Positions 9,184 to 17,019 of a DNA stretch of 45,213 nt are shown piece by piece. Positions within the stretch are counted from its first letter, which is position 1. Each line of letters starts with the position of its first letter. The notes under the pieces were generated by a model. It searched no databases. It saw nothing but the letters and a program-made list of their open reading frames with translations, and was not told the DNA's origin. The DNA is from a virus. Where the stretch lies: UHGV virus genome UHGV-0383844; one strand, 5' to 3'. The position numbers and the translations under genes are program-made.

Positions 9184-9714
9184 TTATTGCACGGCGATTT
9201 TCTGAGTATCCTTCTTGTTGTCAAACGATATCATATCGGATGCTTCGATTGTGAGCTCAGTATCACTCTTCAATTTATATACCTGGCATACTTCAACCGT
9301 TCCGCCTGGCTGCACTTCATTTATAGCGTAATTGTTCATAGAGTCGTTCTGTTCTGCCATAATTCCCATTTCACACTCGCCACCGTCCTGAAAACACTGT
9401 ACGTTTGCAGCAATTCCAGCTGTTGCGTTTTCGTCCGAATTATTTGTAAAGGTATAATAGTAAAGCAGACATTTATTTCCCTCATAATCATTCGCAAATT
9501 CATGTCGTACATATTTTACATTAAATTTTTCTGCTGTAAAATCTATGATTCCGTCATCCACTGGCTGCGCTTCTTCTTTTGATTCTTCTTTCTGTTCTGC
9601 TGTGGATTCTGTTTTTGTCTCATTTCCCTTGGATGGCTCAGTATCTCCACCACACGCTGTAATAGATAATGTCATAGCTCCAACTAATAACATTGCTACA
9701 ATTTTCTTCTTCAT
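9184..9714 (-). CDS. Lipoprotein (signal peptide with lipobox LSITAC; beta-rich DUF4352/DUF5067-like body)
   Basis: MKKKIVAMLLVGAMTLSITACGG; located between int and repressor. Confidence 0.8.
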   Translation of the reverse strand: MKKKIVAMLLVGAMTLSITACGGDTEPSKGNETKTESTAEQKEESKEEAQPVDDGIIDFTAEKFNVKYVRHEFANDYEGNKCLLYYYTFTNNSDENATAGIAANVQCFQDGGECEMGIMAEQNDSMNNYAINEVQPGGTVEVCQVYKLKSDTELTIEASDMISFDNKKDTQKIAVQ

Positions 9715-9918
9715 TTCTTTTTCCTCACTTTCTTGTGCACTTTAACACCACTTTACTCTATATAAACGCCGGAGCGGTTATACCATATTAATCTGCCATC
9801 AAGTCCTATAAAATATCTGAACAAATGTTCGAACAAATATTGATTTTTCTTTCCAGTAATAGTATTATATTACTAGGGATTTCGAACAAGTGTTTTTGCA
9901 GTTAGGGGGGATTGCAAA

Positions 9919-10017
9919 ATGGATTATAAAAAACTTATAATAGAATTGGTCAACAAGTCCAACAACACTGAGATGCTGGAGCTTGTGTACCGATTCTGTA
10001 AAAAACTTTTAGGCTAG
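9919..10017 (+). CDS. Tiny ORF (32 aa, MDYKKLIIELVNKSNNTEMLELVYRFCKKLLG)
   Basis: preceded by gggggg SD-like run; followed by bidirectional terminator; uncertain. Confidence 0.2.
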   Translation: MDYKKLIIELVNKSNNTEMLELVYRFCKKLLG

Positions 10018-10036
10018 GGGAAACCCTAGTCTTTTT
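10014..10036. terminator. Bidirectional terminator hairpin (ctaggg-gaa-ccctag) + tctttttt overlapping the repressor stop
   Basis: inverted repeat and flanking A/T runs seen directly. Confidence 0.5.
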
Positions 10037-10409
10037 TAATTAAGTTCTCTGCGAGCTTTTCTAGGACTTCCCATTCACTTTCATCCAACTTTGCCAGAGC
10101 TTCTACTAATCTTTTCTTAAATGTATTGTCTTCCATTATAAGATCAGTAGCAAAGTCTGTAATCAGCTGGTTTCTTGTTAATGGTACAAACATTTCACCG
10201 TTTCCGGTTCTTAACCACTCTTCATTTACATTGAATTCTTTGCAAATTAACTTATATAAGGATTCTTTTTGATCTGGGCGCTTCAAACGATCGTATTCTA
10301 TATTAACAATAACGCTTTCGCTGACGCCAAGTCTTTCTCCAAAAACTCTCCTAGACATACTCAAGTCTTTTCTTAAGATTTCAATTCTTTCTCCTATATT
10401 TAATTCCAA
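10026..10409 (-). CDS. CI-like phage repressor, HTH_XRE N-terminal domain, short C-terminal domain without S24 peptidase; TTG start
   Basis: IGERIEILRKDLSMSRRVFGERLGVSESVIVNIEYDRLKRP = HTH_XRE; RBS gaaaggaggaagccttTTG; divergent from early operon. Confidence 0.8.
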   Translation of the reverse strand: MELNIGERIEILRKDLSMSRRVFGERLGVSESVIVNIEYDRLKRPDQKESLYKLICKEFNVNEEWLRTGNGEMFVPLTRNQLITDFATDLIMEDNTFKKRLVEALAKLDESEWEVLEKLAENLIKKD

Positions 10410-10450
10410 AAGGCTTCCTCCTTTCTGAAATCAGTATATCATTATTATAC

Positions 10451-10537
10451 TTGTTAGTCAACAAGAAAAATATTTATTTTTTTTAAAAATATTATTGACA
10501 AACAAGAAAATATGAGTTATTATTTGTTCATCAACAA
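10451..10537. promoter_or_regulatory. Genetic-switch region: three operator-like sites TTGTT-N4-AACAA(GAAA) (about 10451-10464, 10495-10506, 10524-10537)
   Basis: cttgttagtcaacaag, ttgacaaacaag, ttgttcatcaacaag; O2 overlaps -35 and O3 abuts -10 of P_R. Confidence 0.5.
10495..10523 (+). promoter_or_regulatory. Rightward early promoter P_R: TTGACA-17-TATTAT
   Basis: ttgacaaacaagaaaatatgagttattat read directly; ~45 nt upstream of ATG 10567. Confidence 0.55.
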
Positions 10538-10566
10538 GAAACAATACAAAAACCGAAAGCGAGGAA

Positions 10567-10776
10567 ATGAAAATGAAGAAAAATGAAATCGTAGAAAACA
10601 TAATCATAATTTTAAACTGGGGACAGGAAAACAAAGAATACAAAAGCAAAATCTTTGATGCATTAGACGGCGTGAACTGGTATTTATCCAATGAACTTAT
10701 GACAAGAGTGCTAATGAGACTTAGCAAAGCAAGATTAACAAAGATTCAACACGATGTAATAGAAGCTATTTATTAA
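10567..10776 (+). CDS. First early gene (69 aa), hypothetical (Cro-position)
   Basis: RBS gaggaaatgaaaATG; position immediately after P_R. Confidence 0.45.
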   Translation: MKMKKNEIVENIIIILNWGQENKEYKSKIFDALDGVNWYLSNELMTRVLMRLSKARLTKIQHDVIEAIY

Positions 10777-10790
10777 ATTGAATTTACAAA

Positions 10791-10816
10791 GCTGACCTAT
10801 CGGCTACGGGGAGAAA
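10791..10816. repeat. 26-bp element gctgacctatcggctacggggagaaa (plus-strand orientation), exact inverted copy of 6337..6362
   Basis: exact match seen directly; sits ~10 nt upstream of small ORF 10826..10990. Confidence 0.9.
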
Positions 10817-10825
10817 GAGGAAGAT

Positions 10826-10990
10826 ATGACAAGGACAGAAGCAATAAAAGGTAATGTATGTGTTGGATTCTTTGGAGATAACGCCAAAGAAATACAGATG
10901 CTGGGCGAATTTATGATAGGCAAGAAAATAATCGAAAGAACTGTGAAATATGAAAATGGATGCAGATACATAACTGTAATTATCGAATAA
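10826..10990 (+). CDS. Small hypothetical ORF (54 aa, MTRTEAIKGNVCVGFFGDNAKEIQMLGEFMIGKKIIERTVKYENGCRYITVIIE)
   Basis: SD gaggaagatATG provided by 3' end of the 26-bp repeat. Confidence 0.3.
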   Translation: MTRTEAIKGNVCVGFFGDNAKEIQMLGEFMIGKKIIERTVKYENGCRYITVIIE

Positions 10991-11069
10991 GCCGGACACG
11001 TTCTGGCTCTGTAATGCAGGCAGGCGGCAAGAATCAAAAATATGACCACCTAGACCGTTCCAACCCGGT

Positions 11070-11828
11070 ATGAATGCAGAGGACAGAAAAAAAATAGGAG
11101 GTAAAAAGGCATTGAATGAATTACAACAGAAATTAGACAGCCGGGAAGTGGCTGAGATGGTTGGGAAAGCCCACAACAAACTTATGAGAGATATAAGAGA
11201 TTATATCGATCAATTAGGAGAGTCCAAGATTGGACACACCGATTTCTTTTCGGAATCAACTTACACAACAGCTCAAAACAAAGTGTTGCCGTGCTACCTA
11301 ATCACAAAAGAGGGGTGCGAATTTATCGCCCACAAGCTTACAGGAGTAAAGGGGACGGAGTTCACAGCAAAATACATCAAACGGTTTCACGAGATGGAAA
11401 ACATTATCAAAGAGCGCGTTCCGCAGGGTAAAGAACTTCTCGCACTTGCAGTACTTGAAGCACAGAAGACCATTGAAGAGCAGACAGCACAGATTGAGGA
11501 AATGAAGCCGAAAGCGATATTTGCAGATGCTGTTGCTACCAGTCATACATCCATCTTAATCGGCGATCTGGCGAAGATTTTAAAGCAAAACGGCATCGAA
11601 ACAGGACAGAAAAGGTTATTTGAGTGGTTGCGTGAAAATGGGTATCTGAGTAAGAGAAAAGGAACTGAATGGAACTCGCCCACACAGAAATCTATGAACT
11701 TAGGTCTGTTTGAAGTGAAAGAGACAACATCAGTCAATCCAGATGGCTCTGTCCGGATTAACAAAACAACCAAAGTAACAGGCAAAGGTCAGCAGTATTT
11801 TATCAACAAGTTTTTAAATGCAGCATAA
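11070..11828 (+). CDS. Phage antirepressor: Rha (Phage_pRha/ORF6N) N-domain + KilAC/ANT C-domain
   Basis: SREVAEMVGKAHNKLMRDIRDYI...LPCYLITKEGCEFIAHKLTG (Rha); AIFADAVATSHTSILIGDLAKIL...EWLRENGYL (KilAC). Confidence 0.8.
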   Translation: MNAEDRKKIGGKKALNELQQKLDSREVAEMVGKAHNKLMRDIRDYIDQLGESKIGHTDFFSESTYTTAQNKVLPCYLITKEGCEFIAHKLTGVKGTEFTAKYIKRFHEMENIIKERVPQGKELLALAVLEAQKTIEEQTAQIEEMKPKAIFADAVATSHTSILIGDLAKILKQNGIETGQKRLFEWLRENGYLSKRKGTEWNSPTQKSMNLGLFEVKETTSVNPDGSVRINKTTKVTGKGQQYFINKFLNAA

Positions 11829-11839
11829 GGAGGGTACAC

Positions 11840-11998
11840 ATGAGCGAAAAAGAGAAAGAAATTATCAGAAAAGTAGCACAGGCATTGCCGGATATGTCCG
11901 ACATGAATAAAGGATATTTTCTAGGCTTTGCGGAGGCTATGGCATCGCAGAAAAGCCAGAAAAAGAGAGAAGAAAATGAGGACAAGGAGAATGAATAG
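11840..11998 (+). CDS. Small hypothetical ORF (52 aa)
   Basis: RBS aaggagggtacacATG. Confidence 0.3.
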   Translation: MSEKEKEIIRKVAQALPDMSDMNKGYFLGFAEAMASQKSQKKREENEDKENE

Positions 11999-12044
11999 GA
12001 CAACATATCTCGGACAATCCATCCGTCATACATATTAGAGAGGT

Positions 12045-12203
12045 GATGATTTTGATCGTAGAAACAGTAAAAGTAAAAAATGCAACAATCCGAGTACATG
12101 ATGATTGTTATGTGGATCGCACAGAAGAGGAAGTTAAAAAACTTATAGATGGATGTTGCCGGATTATTCAGGGAGCATTGATACGAAAAGAGAAAACCGC
12201 TTA
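12045..12203 (+). CDS. Small hypothetical ORF (52 aa)
   Basis: RBS agagaggtgATG. Confidence 0.25.
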
Positions 12204-12225
12204 GGCGGTAGAAAGGAGGACAAGC

Positions 12226-12411
12226 ATGGAAATTAAAGGAACTTACCATTGCCAGACAACCCAGCAGCAGAACGCATTAAACGGTTGGGATATCCGCTCC
12301 GTATCTGTTGAGTTACCGGAGCAGGACAAGCCTTACTGGCACAAGGTCGCAGCAGCTGTGATCGGGTTTGGAGTGGTGGTGATCGGATGGTGGTTAGTGT
12401 TTGGGTATTAA
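12226..12411 (+). CDS. Small membrane protein (61 aa, C-terminal TM)
   Basis: RBS gaaaggaggacaagcATG; AAAVIGFGVVVIGWWLVFGY hydrophobic tail. Confidence 0.35.
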   Translation: MEIKGTYHCQTTQQQNALNGWDIRSVSVELPEQDKPYWHKVAAAVIGFGVVVIGWWLVFGY

Positions 12412-13157
12412 AAAGAGTGCTGTCACAGGGCGGCAACCCTCGAGCACTCAAGAAATTAAATCAGTTAAAGTATAGAGAAAATTTGAGGAAAAGTCAAATG
12501 ATTACAAAAACAATACTTAGCAACCATGAAGAATGGCTTAAAAATAGAAAAAATGGAATCGGCGGTTCTGAAATTGCCGCTGCAATCGGGAAGAATCCAT
12601 ACATGACAAATGTAGAGTTGTGGGAGTTGAAAACAGGGAGAAAAGAAGCGAAAGACATTTCAAATCTTCCCTATATTAAATACGGTACACAGGCAGAGCC
12701 ATTATTAAGAGAACTCTTTCAGCTGGACTTCCCAGAATACCAAGTGAGATATGAGGAAAACAACAGTTTTCGAAATGATAAATATCCCTGGGCGCAGGCT
12801 TCCGTAGATGGTTGGCTTTTTGATGGAGATGGGAGACTTGGAATCTGGGAATGTAAGACAACGAACATTTTAAATGGAAATATGAGAAAGAGATGGAATC
12901 GCCAGATCCCAGATCATTATTATTGCCAGTGCTTGCTATATATGGCAGTTCTTGAGGCTGATTTTTGCGAGTTAAAAGCGCAGCTAAAAAGTGAATATGC
13001 TGGTGAGATATTCGTTCAAACGAAACATTACCATTTTGAACGAAAAGATGTGAAAGAAGACATGGAATACCTGATGAAAGAAGGAAAACGATTCTGGGGA
13101 TACGTGGAGCGAGATGAATGCCCGCCGCTTATCCTTCCGGATGTAATAAGAAGATAA
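12387..13157 (+). CDS. YqaJ-like viral recombinase exonuclease (lambda Exo-type PD-(D/E)XK); probable start 12498
   Basis: GIGGSEIAAAIGKNPYMTNVELWELKTG...GIWECKTT; partner of RecT. Confidence 0.8.
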   Translation: MVVSVWVLKRVLSQGGNPRALKKLNQLKYRENLRKSQMITKTILSNHEEWLKNRKNGIGGSEIAAAIGKNPYMTNVELWELKTGRKEAKDISNLPYIKYGTQAEPLLRELFQLDFPEYQVRYEENNSFRNDKYPWAQASVDGWLFDGDGRLGIWECKTTNILNGNMRKRWNRQIPDHYYCQCLLYMAVLEADFCELKAQLKSEYAGEIFVQTKHYHFERKDVKEDMEYLMKEGKRFWGYVERDECPPLILPDVIRR

Positions 13158-13170
13158 AGGAGAGAAAAAC

Positions 13171-14172
13171 ATGGAATTAAGAGTCAATGAAGTGAAAACG
13201 CCGGAGAAAATTACATTTAATTATGAAGAATTAAGGTCAGAAATACAAGAAATAGTAGAAGACCACAGTAATTTAGTGTACACCGGAGAGCAAATTAAGG
13301 ATGCTAAATCAGATAAAGCAAGCTTAAATAAGCTGAAAAAAGCCTTAAATGACGAAAGAATAAGACTGGAAAAGGCTTATTTAGAGCCATTTAACGAATT
13401 TAAGACTCAAATTAACGCCTTAATTAAGCTTATTAATGATCCTATTAACCTTATCGACAAGCAAATTAAGGAATTTGAAGAGTACGAGAAGCAGGAAAAA
13501 CGGAAGCAAATCGAGGAACTTTGGAACAGTAAATCGACACCGTTTGAAATTTCTTTGGAACGTATTTTTGACAGTAGATGGTTAAACAAAACAACATCCA
13601 TGAGGTCCATCGAAGATGTTATGAACGCATTTATCACAAGCGTGGAGAAAGATGTGGATACGCTTTCGAAATTACCGGAATTTGGCTTTGAAGCATTAGA
13701 AGTCTATAAATCAACTCTGGATATCAACAGGGCGTTAAGCGAAGGACAGCGACTTGCAGAAATCCAGAAGAAAAAAGCAGAACATGAAGCAGAGCAGGCA
13801 AGATTGAAAGCAGAGAAGGAAGCGAAAAAGGCAGCAGAGTTCCAGGAGAAAGAAGATGATCTTCCCGGACAGATTGGATTTACAGATGCAAAATCTTTTG
13901 AAGAGTGCATGAATCCACCGGAAACAGACATGGGAAAATGCGTTGAACGGCAGTGGGTAGCATTTGCGGCAAATTTAACGGTAATGGATGCACAGAACTT
14001 GGCGAATTATTTTGCAGTAAGAGGAATTAAATATAAGCCAGCTACAATTTCAGAAGATTCGAAGTATTTGATTGGAAAAGTGTTTCAGAATTATTACAAT
14101 ATGGGAATTTCAGAAATTGCAAGAGAAGATGACGGAGCAAGAGAGCTTTTCGGTGAAATAGGATTGATTTAG
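13171..14172 (+). CDS. DUF1351-family phage protein (coiled-coil, RecT-associated)
   Basis: N-terminal NEVKTPEKITFNYEELRSEIQEIVEDH pattern and charged coiled-coil middle; synteny Exo-DUF1351-RecT. Confidence 0.65.
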   Translation: MELRVNEVKTPEKITFNYEELRSEIQEIVEDHSNLVYTGEQIKDAKSDKASLNKLKKALNDERIRLEKAYLEPFNEFKTQINALIKLINDPINLIDKQIKEFEEYEKQEKRKQIEELWNSKSTPFEISLERIFDSRWLNKTTSMRSIEDVMNAFITSVEKDVDTLSKLPEFGFEALEVYKSTLDINRALSEGQRLAEIQKKKAEHEAEQARLKAEKEAKKAAEFQEKEDDLPGQIGFTDAKSFEECMNPPETDMGKCVERQWVAFAANLTVMDAQNLANYFAVRGIKYKPATISEDSKYLIGKVFQNYYNMGISEIAREDDGARELFGEIGLI

Positions 14173-14182
14173 GAGTAGAAGA

Positions 14183-14371
14183 ATGAATGAAGAGACAAAA
14201 CAAGAGCTTGAAGTGGTGCTGATGTTATTAAAGAATGTTTGCATTAAAAACGGTGTTTCTGCCGGATTTAACAAAGAAACAAGCGAACTGATTTTCTTTG
14301 ACACAAGAGTGTATCTTGAAACTGGTGGATTTAAAGGAATAAAAACAACGTTAGAAAATTTAGTGAAATAG
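14183..14371 (+). CDS. Hypothetical small protein (62 aa)
   Basis: ORF with RBS ggagtagaagaATG. Confidence 0.35.
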   Translation: MNEETKQELEVVLMLLKNVCIKNGVSAGFNKETSELIFFDTRVYLETGGFKGIKTTLENLVK

Positions 14372-14386
14372 AAAAGGAGAAGAAAA

Positions 14387-15232
14387 ATGGCAGTAGGAAA
14401 TAGCTTGACAGCAAGAAAAAGCACAGGAATCGCAGCATATTTAACACAGGAAGCAGTTAAAAACCAGATCAACAATGTGATCGGTGGAAAGAGCGGACAG
14501 AGATTTATTTCCGCAATTGTATCGGCTGTAAATAACAATGCAGCATTACAGGAATGCACGAATCAATCGATCCTTTCCGGTGCGCTGCTTGGGGAGTCGC
14601 TGAACCTTTCACCGTCTCCGCAGTTGGGACAGTATTACCTCGTACCGTTTAATGACAGAAACAAAGGGAAGGTGGCACAGTTCCAGCTTGGATATAAAGG
14701 GTATATCCAGCTCGCAATTCGTTCCGGGCAGTACAAAAAACTGAACGTACTGGCGATTAAAGAGGGCGAGCTTGTCAGGTTTGATCCTCTGAACGAAGAG
14801 ATTGAGGTACATCTGATCGAGGATGAAGAAGCAAGGGAACAGGCTGAAACAATCGGATATTATGCAATGTTTGAGTATACAAATGGGTTTAAAAAGGCGA
14901 TCTATTGGAGCAAAAAGAAAATGGAAGCCCATGCATTAAAGTATTCCAAAGGATATCAGGCGAAAAAGGGATACACGTTCTGGGAAAAGGACTTTGACGG
15001 AATGGCATATAAAACTATGCTGCGTCAGCTGATCTCTAAATGGGGAATCATGTCTATCGATATGATGTCGGCAATGGATGCAGATATGGCAGTGATAAAC
15101 GATGATGGAACAAAAACATACACCGATAACGATAGTGATACGGAGATTATCGACATGGAACAGTCGCAGGAAGAAAAAACTGAATCTTCCGAAAGAGGAC
15201 AGAGTGCAGCAGCGGCGTTGTTTGGAAATTAA
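14387..15232 (+). CDS. recT: RecT-family single-strand annealing recombinase
   Basis: KNQINNVIGGKSGQRFISAIVSAVNNNAALQECTNQSILSGALLGESLNLSPSPQLGQYYLVPF typical RecT core. Confidence 0.85.
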   Translation: MAVGNSLTARKSTGIAAYLTQEAVKNQINNVIGGKSGQRFISAIVSAVNNNAALQECTNQSILSGALLGESLNLSPSPQLGQYYLVPFNDRNKGKVAQFQLGYKGYIQLAIRSGQYKKLNVLAIKEGELVRFDPLNEEIEVHLIEDEEAREQAETIGYYAMFEYTNGFKKAIYWSKKKMEAHALKYSKGYQAKKGYTFWEKDFDGMAYKTMLRQLISKWGIMSIDMMSAMDADMAVINDDGTKTYTDNDSDTEIIDMEQSQEEKTESSERGQSAAAALFGN

Positions 15233-15245
15233 GAGGTGAATTGAT

Positions 15246-15656
15246 ATGAATAAAATTATTTTATGCGGAAGACTGACAGCAGATGCGGAAATGAAATGCA
15301 CAAATGACGGGAAAGTGGTGTCAAGGTTCAACTTTGCCGTAAACCGCAGATTTAAGAGAGACGGAGATCCAGAAGCTGACTTTTTCCAGTGTGTAGCATT
15401 CGGAAAGATTGCGGAAACATTTGAAAAATGCAATGTGGGGAAAGGAGCAAAGTTGCTGATCGAAGGAGAAATGAGAAACAACAACTATGAAAGAGATGGC
15501 GTGAGGCATTACGGGATGCAGTTGATCGTGAATAGTTTTGAGTTCTGCGAAAGCAAGGGAAGCAGTGGACAGTCTGCTCTGCAATATGGACAGCCGGATT
15601 CCGATGGATTCCAAAACGTTCCGGATGGAGTCGATGAAGATCTTCCGTTTATGTAG
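15246..15656 (+). CDS. ssb: Single-stranded DNA-binding protein
   Basis: OB-fold N-terminus MNKIILCGRLTADAEMK...; acidic C-terminal tail DEDLPF. Confidence 0.9.
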   Translation: MNKIILCGRLTADAEMKCTNDGKVVSRFNFAVNRRFKRDGDPEADFFQCVAFGKIAETFEKCNVGKGAKLLIEGEMRNNNYERDGVRHYGMQLIVNSFEFCESKGSSGQSALQYGQPDSDGFQNVPDGVDEDLPFM

Positions 15657-15729
15657 GGTGATCACATGAAGAAAACAAGAGAATGCATACATTGCGAGAG
15701 ATTTTGGGAGTGCAAAGGCAAGGAAAAGG

Positions 15730-16128
15730 ATGAACCTTGCCTGCACTACAAAGAAAGGAAATGGAATGGCAGTAAATAGTAAAAAGAAAGGCGCAAGATT
15801 TGAACGGGAATTAGCTGGTATCTTCCGTGATTATGGATATAAAGAAGCACGCAGAACAGCACAATACTGTGGAAATACAGGTGATGCTTCAGACGTAGTT
15901 GGTCTCCCTTTAATTCATGTGGAAGCAAAACATCAAGAGCAGATGCGACTTTATGACTGGATGGATCAAGCAAAGAGAGATGCCGCAGCGAATAGAACAG
16001 GAAATCTTCCCGCTGTATTCCATAAGAAAAACAATCATAAAATCCTTGTTACAATGGAACTGGATGATTGGATGCAAATATACCGCGAATACCAGTCTGG
16101 AATGCAGATAGATACAGAAAGGCTGTGA
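15730..16128 (+). CDS. Hjc/archaeal-type Holliday junction resolvase-like nuclease (probable start 15766)
   Basis: KGARFERELAGIFRDYGY...DVVGLPLIHVEAK motif arrangement of Hjc-type PD-(D/E)XK resolvases. Confidence 0.55.
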   Translation: MNLACTTKKGNGMAVNSKKKGARFERELAGIFRDYGYKEARRTAQYCGNTGDASDVVGLPLIHVEAKHQEQMRLYDWMDQAKRDAAANRTGNLPAVFHKKNNHKILVTMELDDWMQIYREYQSGMQIDTERL

Positions 16129-16132
16129 TTTA

Positions 16133-17008
16133 ATGTCAAAACGATACTACTGGCTTAAGCTACAGAAAGATTTTTTTACACAGCCCAAAATTAAAAAGTT
16201 ACGGAAAATTGCTGGTGGTGATACATATACCATTATCTATTTAAAAATGCAGCTGCTGAGTTTAAACAATGGTGGAAAGCTGTTTTTCGAGGGGATTGAA
16301 GAGAATTTTCCAGAAGAAATTGCCCTGACAATAGACGAAGATCCAGACAATGTGAAAGTAACTGTACAATACCTACTGTCTCAAGGACTTATTGAGCCCT
16401 GTTCCGAAACAGAATTTTTAATGACGGAAACACAGTCTTTAATCTGCTCGGAATCGGAATCAGCGGAGCGTGTTAGGGCATCAAGAAAAAATAAGGCGTT
16501 ACAATGTAACACGAATGTAACAGAGTGTAACAACAATGTACAGAAGTGTAACACAGATATAGATATAGAGTTAGATAATAGAGATAGAGTAAGAGATAAG
16601 ACTGATAGCAAAATAAGCTATCAGCTGATCGCCGACACATTTAATGATATCTGTAAGAGTTTTGATAGAGTCGAGCGGATTTCCGATAGCAGGAAGGAAG
16701 ATATTGATGCAGCCTGTAAGAAATTCAGCTTTAGCCAGATCAGAACCGCATTTATAAAAGCGGAGAACAGCAAATTCCTGAAAGGCAAAGAAAGTAAAGG
16801 GGATTATAAATTTAATGCAAATTTTAATTGGATCATAAAAGAGCAGAACTTAAAAAAGATTTTAGAAGGTAAATTTGATAATGAACCGGAAGGATCGGAA
16901 AAGAAGAAAAAACAATCAAAACCGCCAGTAAGCAGAAACTTAAATAACTTCGAACGCAGAGGATACGACATGGACTCTCTGGAAGAGCAGTTGTTGAAGT
17001 CAAATTAA
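16133..17008 (+). CDS. Phage replisome organizer (Phage_rep_org_N; DnaD-like)
   Basis: MSKRYYWLKLQKDFFTQPKIKKLRKIAGGDTYTIIYLKMQLLSLNNGGKLFFEG; iteron origin embedded in gene. Confidence 0.75.
   Translation: MSKRYYWLKLQKDFFTQPKIKKLRKIAGGDTYTIIYLKMQLLSLNNGGKLFFEGIEENFPEEIALTIDEDPDNVKVTVQYLLSQGLIEPCSETEFLMTETQSLICSESESAERVRASRKNKALQCNTNVTECNNNVQKCNTDIDIELDNRDRVRDKTDSKISYQLIADTFNDICKSFDRVERISDSRKEDIDAACKKFSFSQIRTAFIKAENSKFLKGKESKGDYKFNANFNWIIKEQNLKKILEGKFDNEPEGSEKKKKQSKPPVSRNLNNFERRGYDMDSLEEQLLKSN
16503..16600. repeat. Candidate origin of replication: five TGTAACA iterons at ~10.5-bp phasing followed by AT-rich GATAGAG repeats, inside replisome-organizer gene
   Basis: aatgtaacacgaatgtaacagagtgtaacaacaatgtacagaagtgtaacacagatatagatatagagttagataatagagatagag. 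Confidence 0.55.
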
Positions 17009-17019
17009 GGAGGAGCAAA

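Noticed and set aside
6337-10816. 26-bp inverted repeats as a designed invertible switch catalysed by the resident serine recombinase
   Set aside because: Inversion would point P_R and the first early gene away from the replication/late genes and place the accessory operon in front of them, which looks non-viable; repeats are not internally palindromic like hix/gix sites. Reported only as an observation to test
12387-12497. Long N-terminal extension of the YqaJ exonuclease ORF (start 12387)
   Set aside because: It overlaps the upstream small membrane-protein gene; the ATG at 12498 has a proper RBS and matches the usual start of the YqaJ domain
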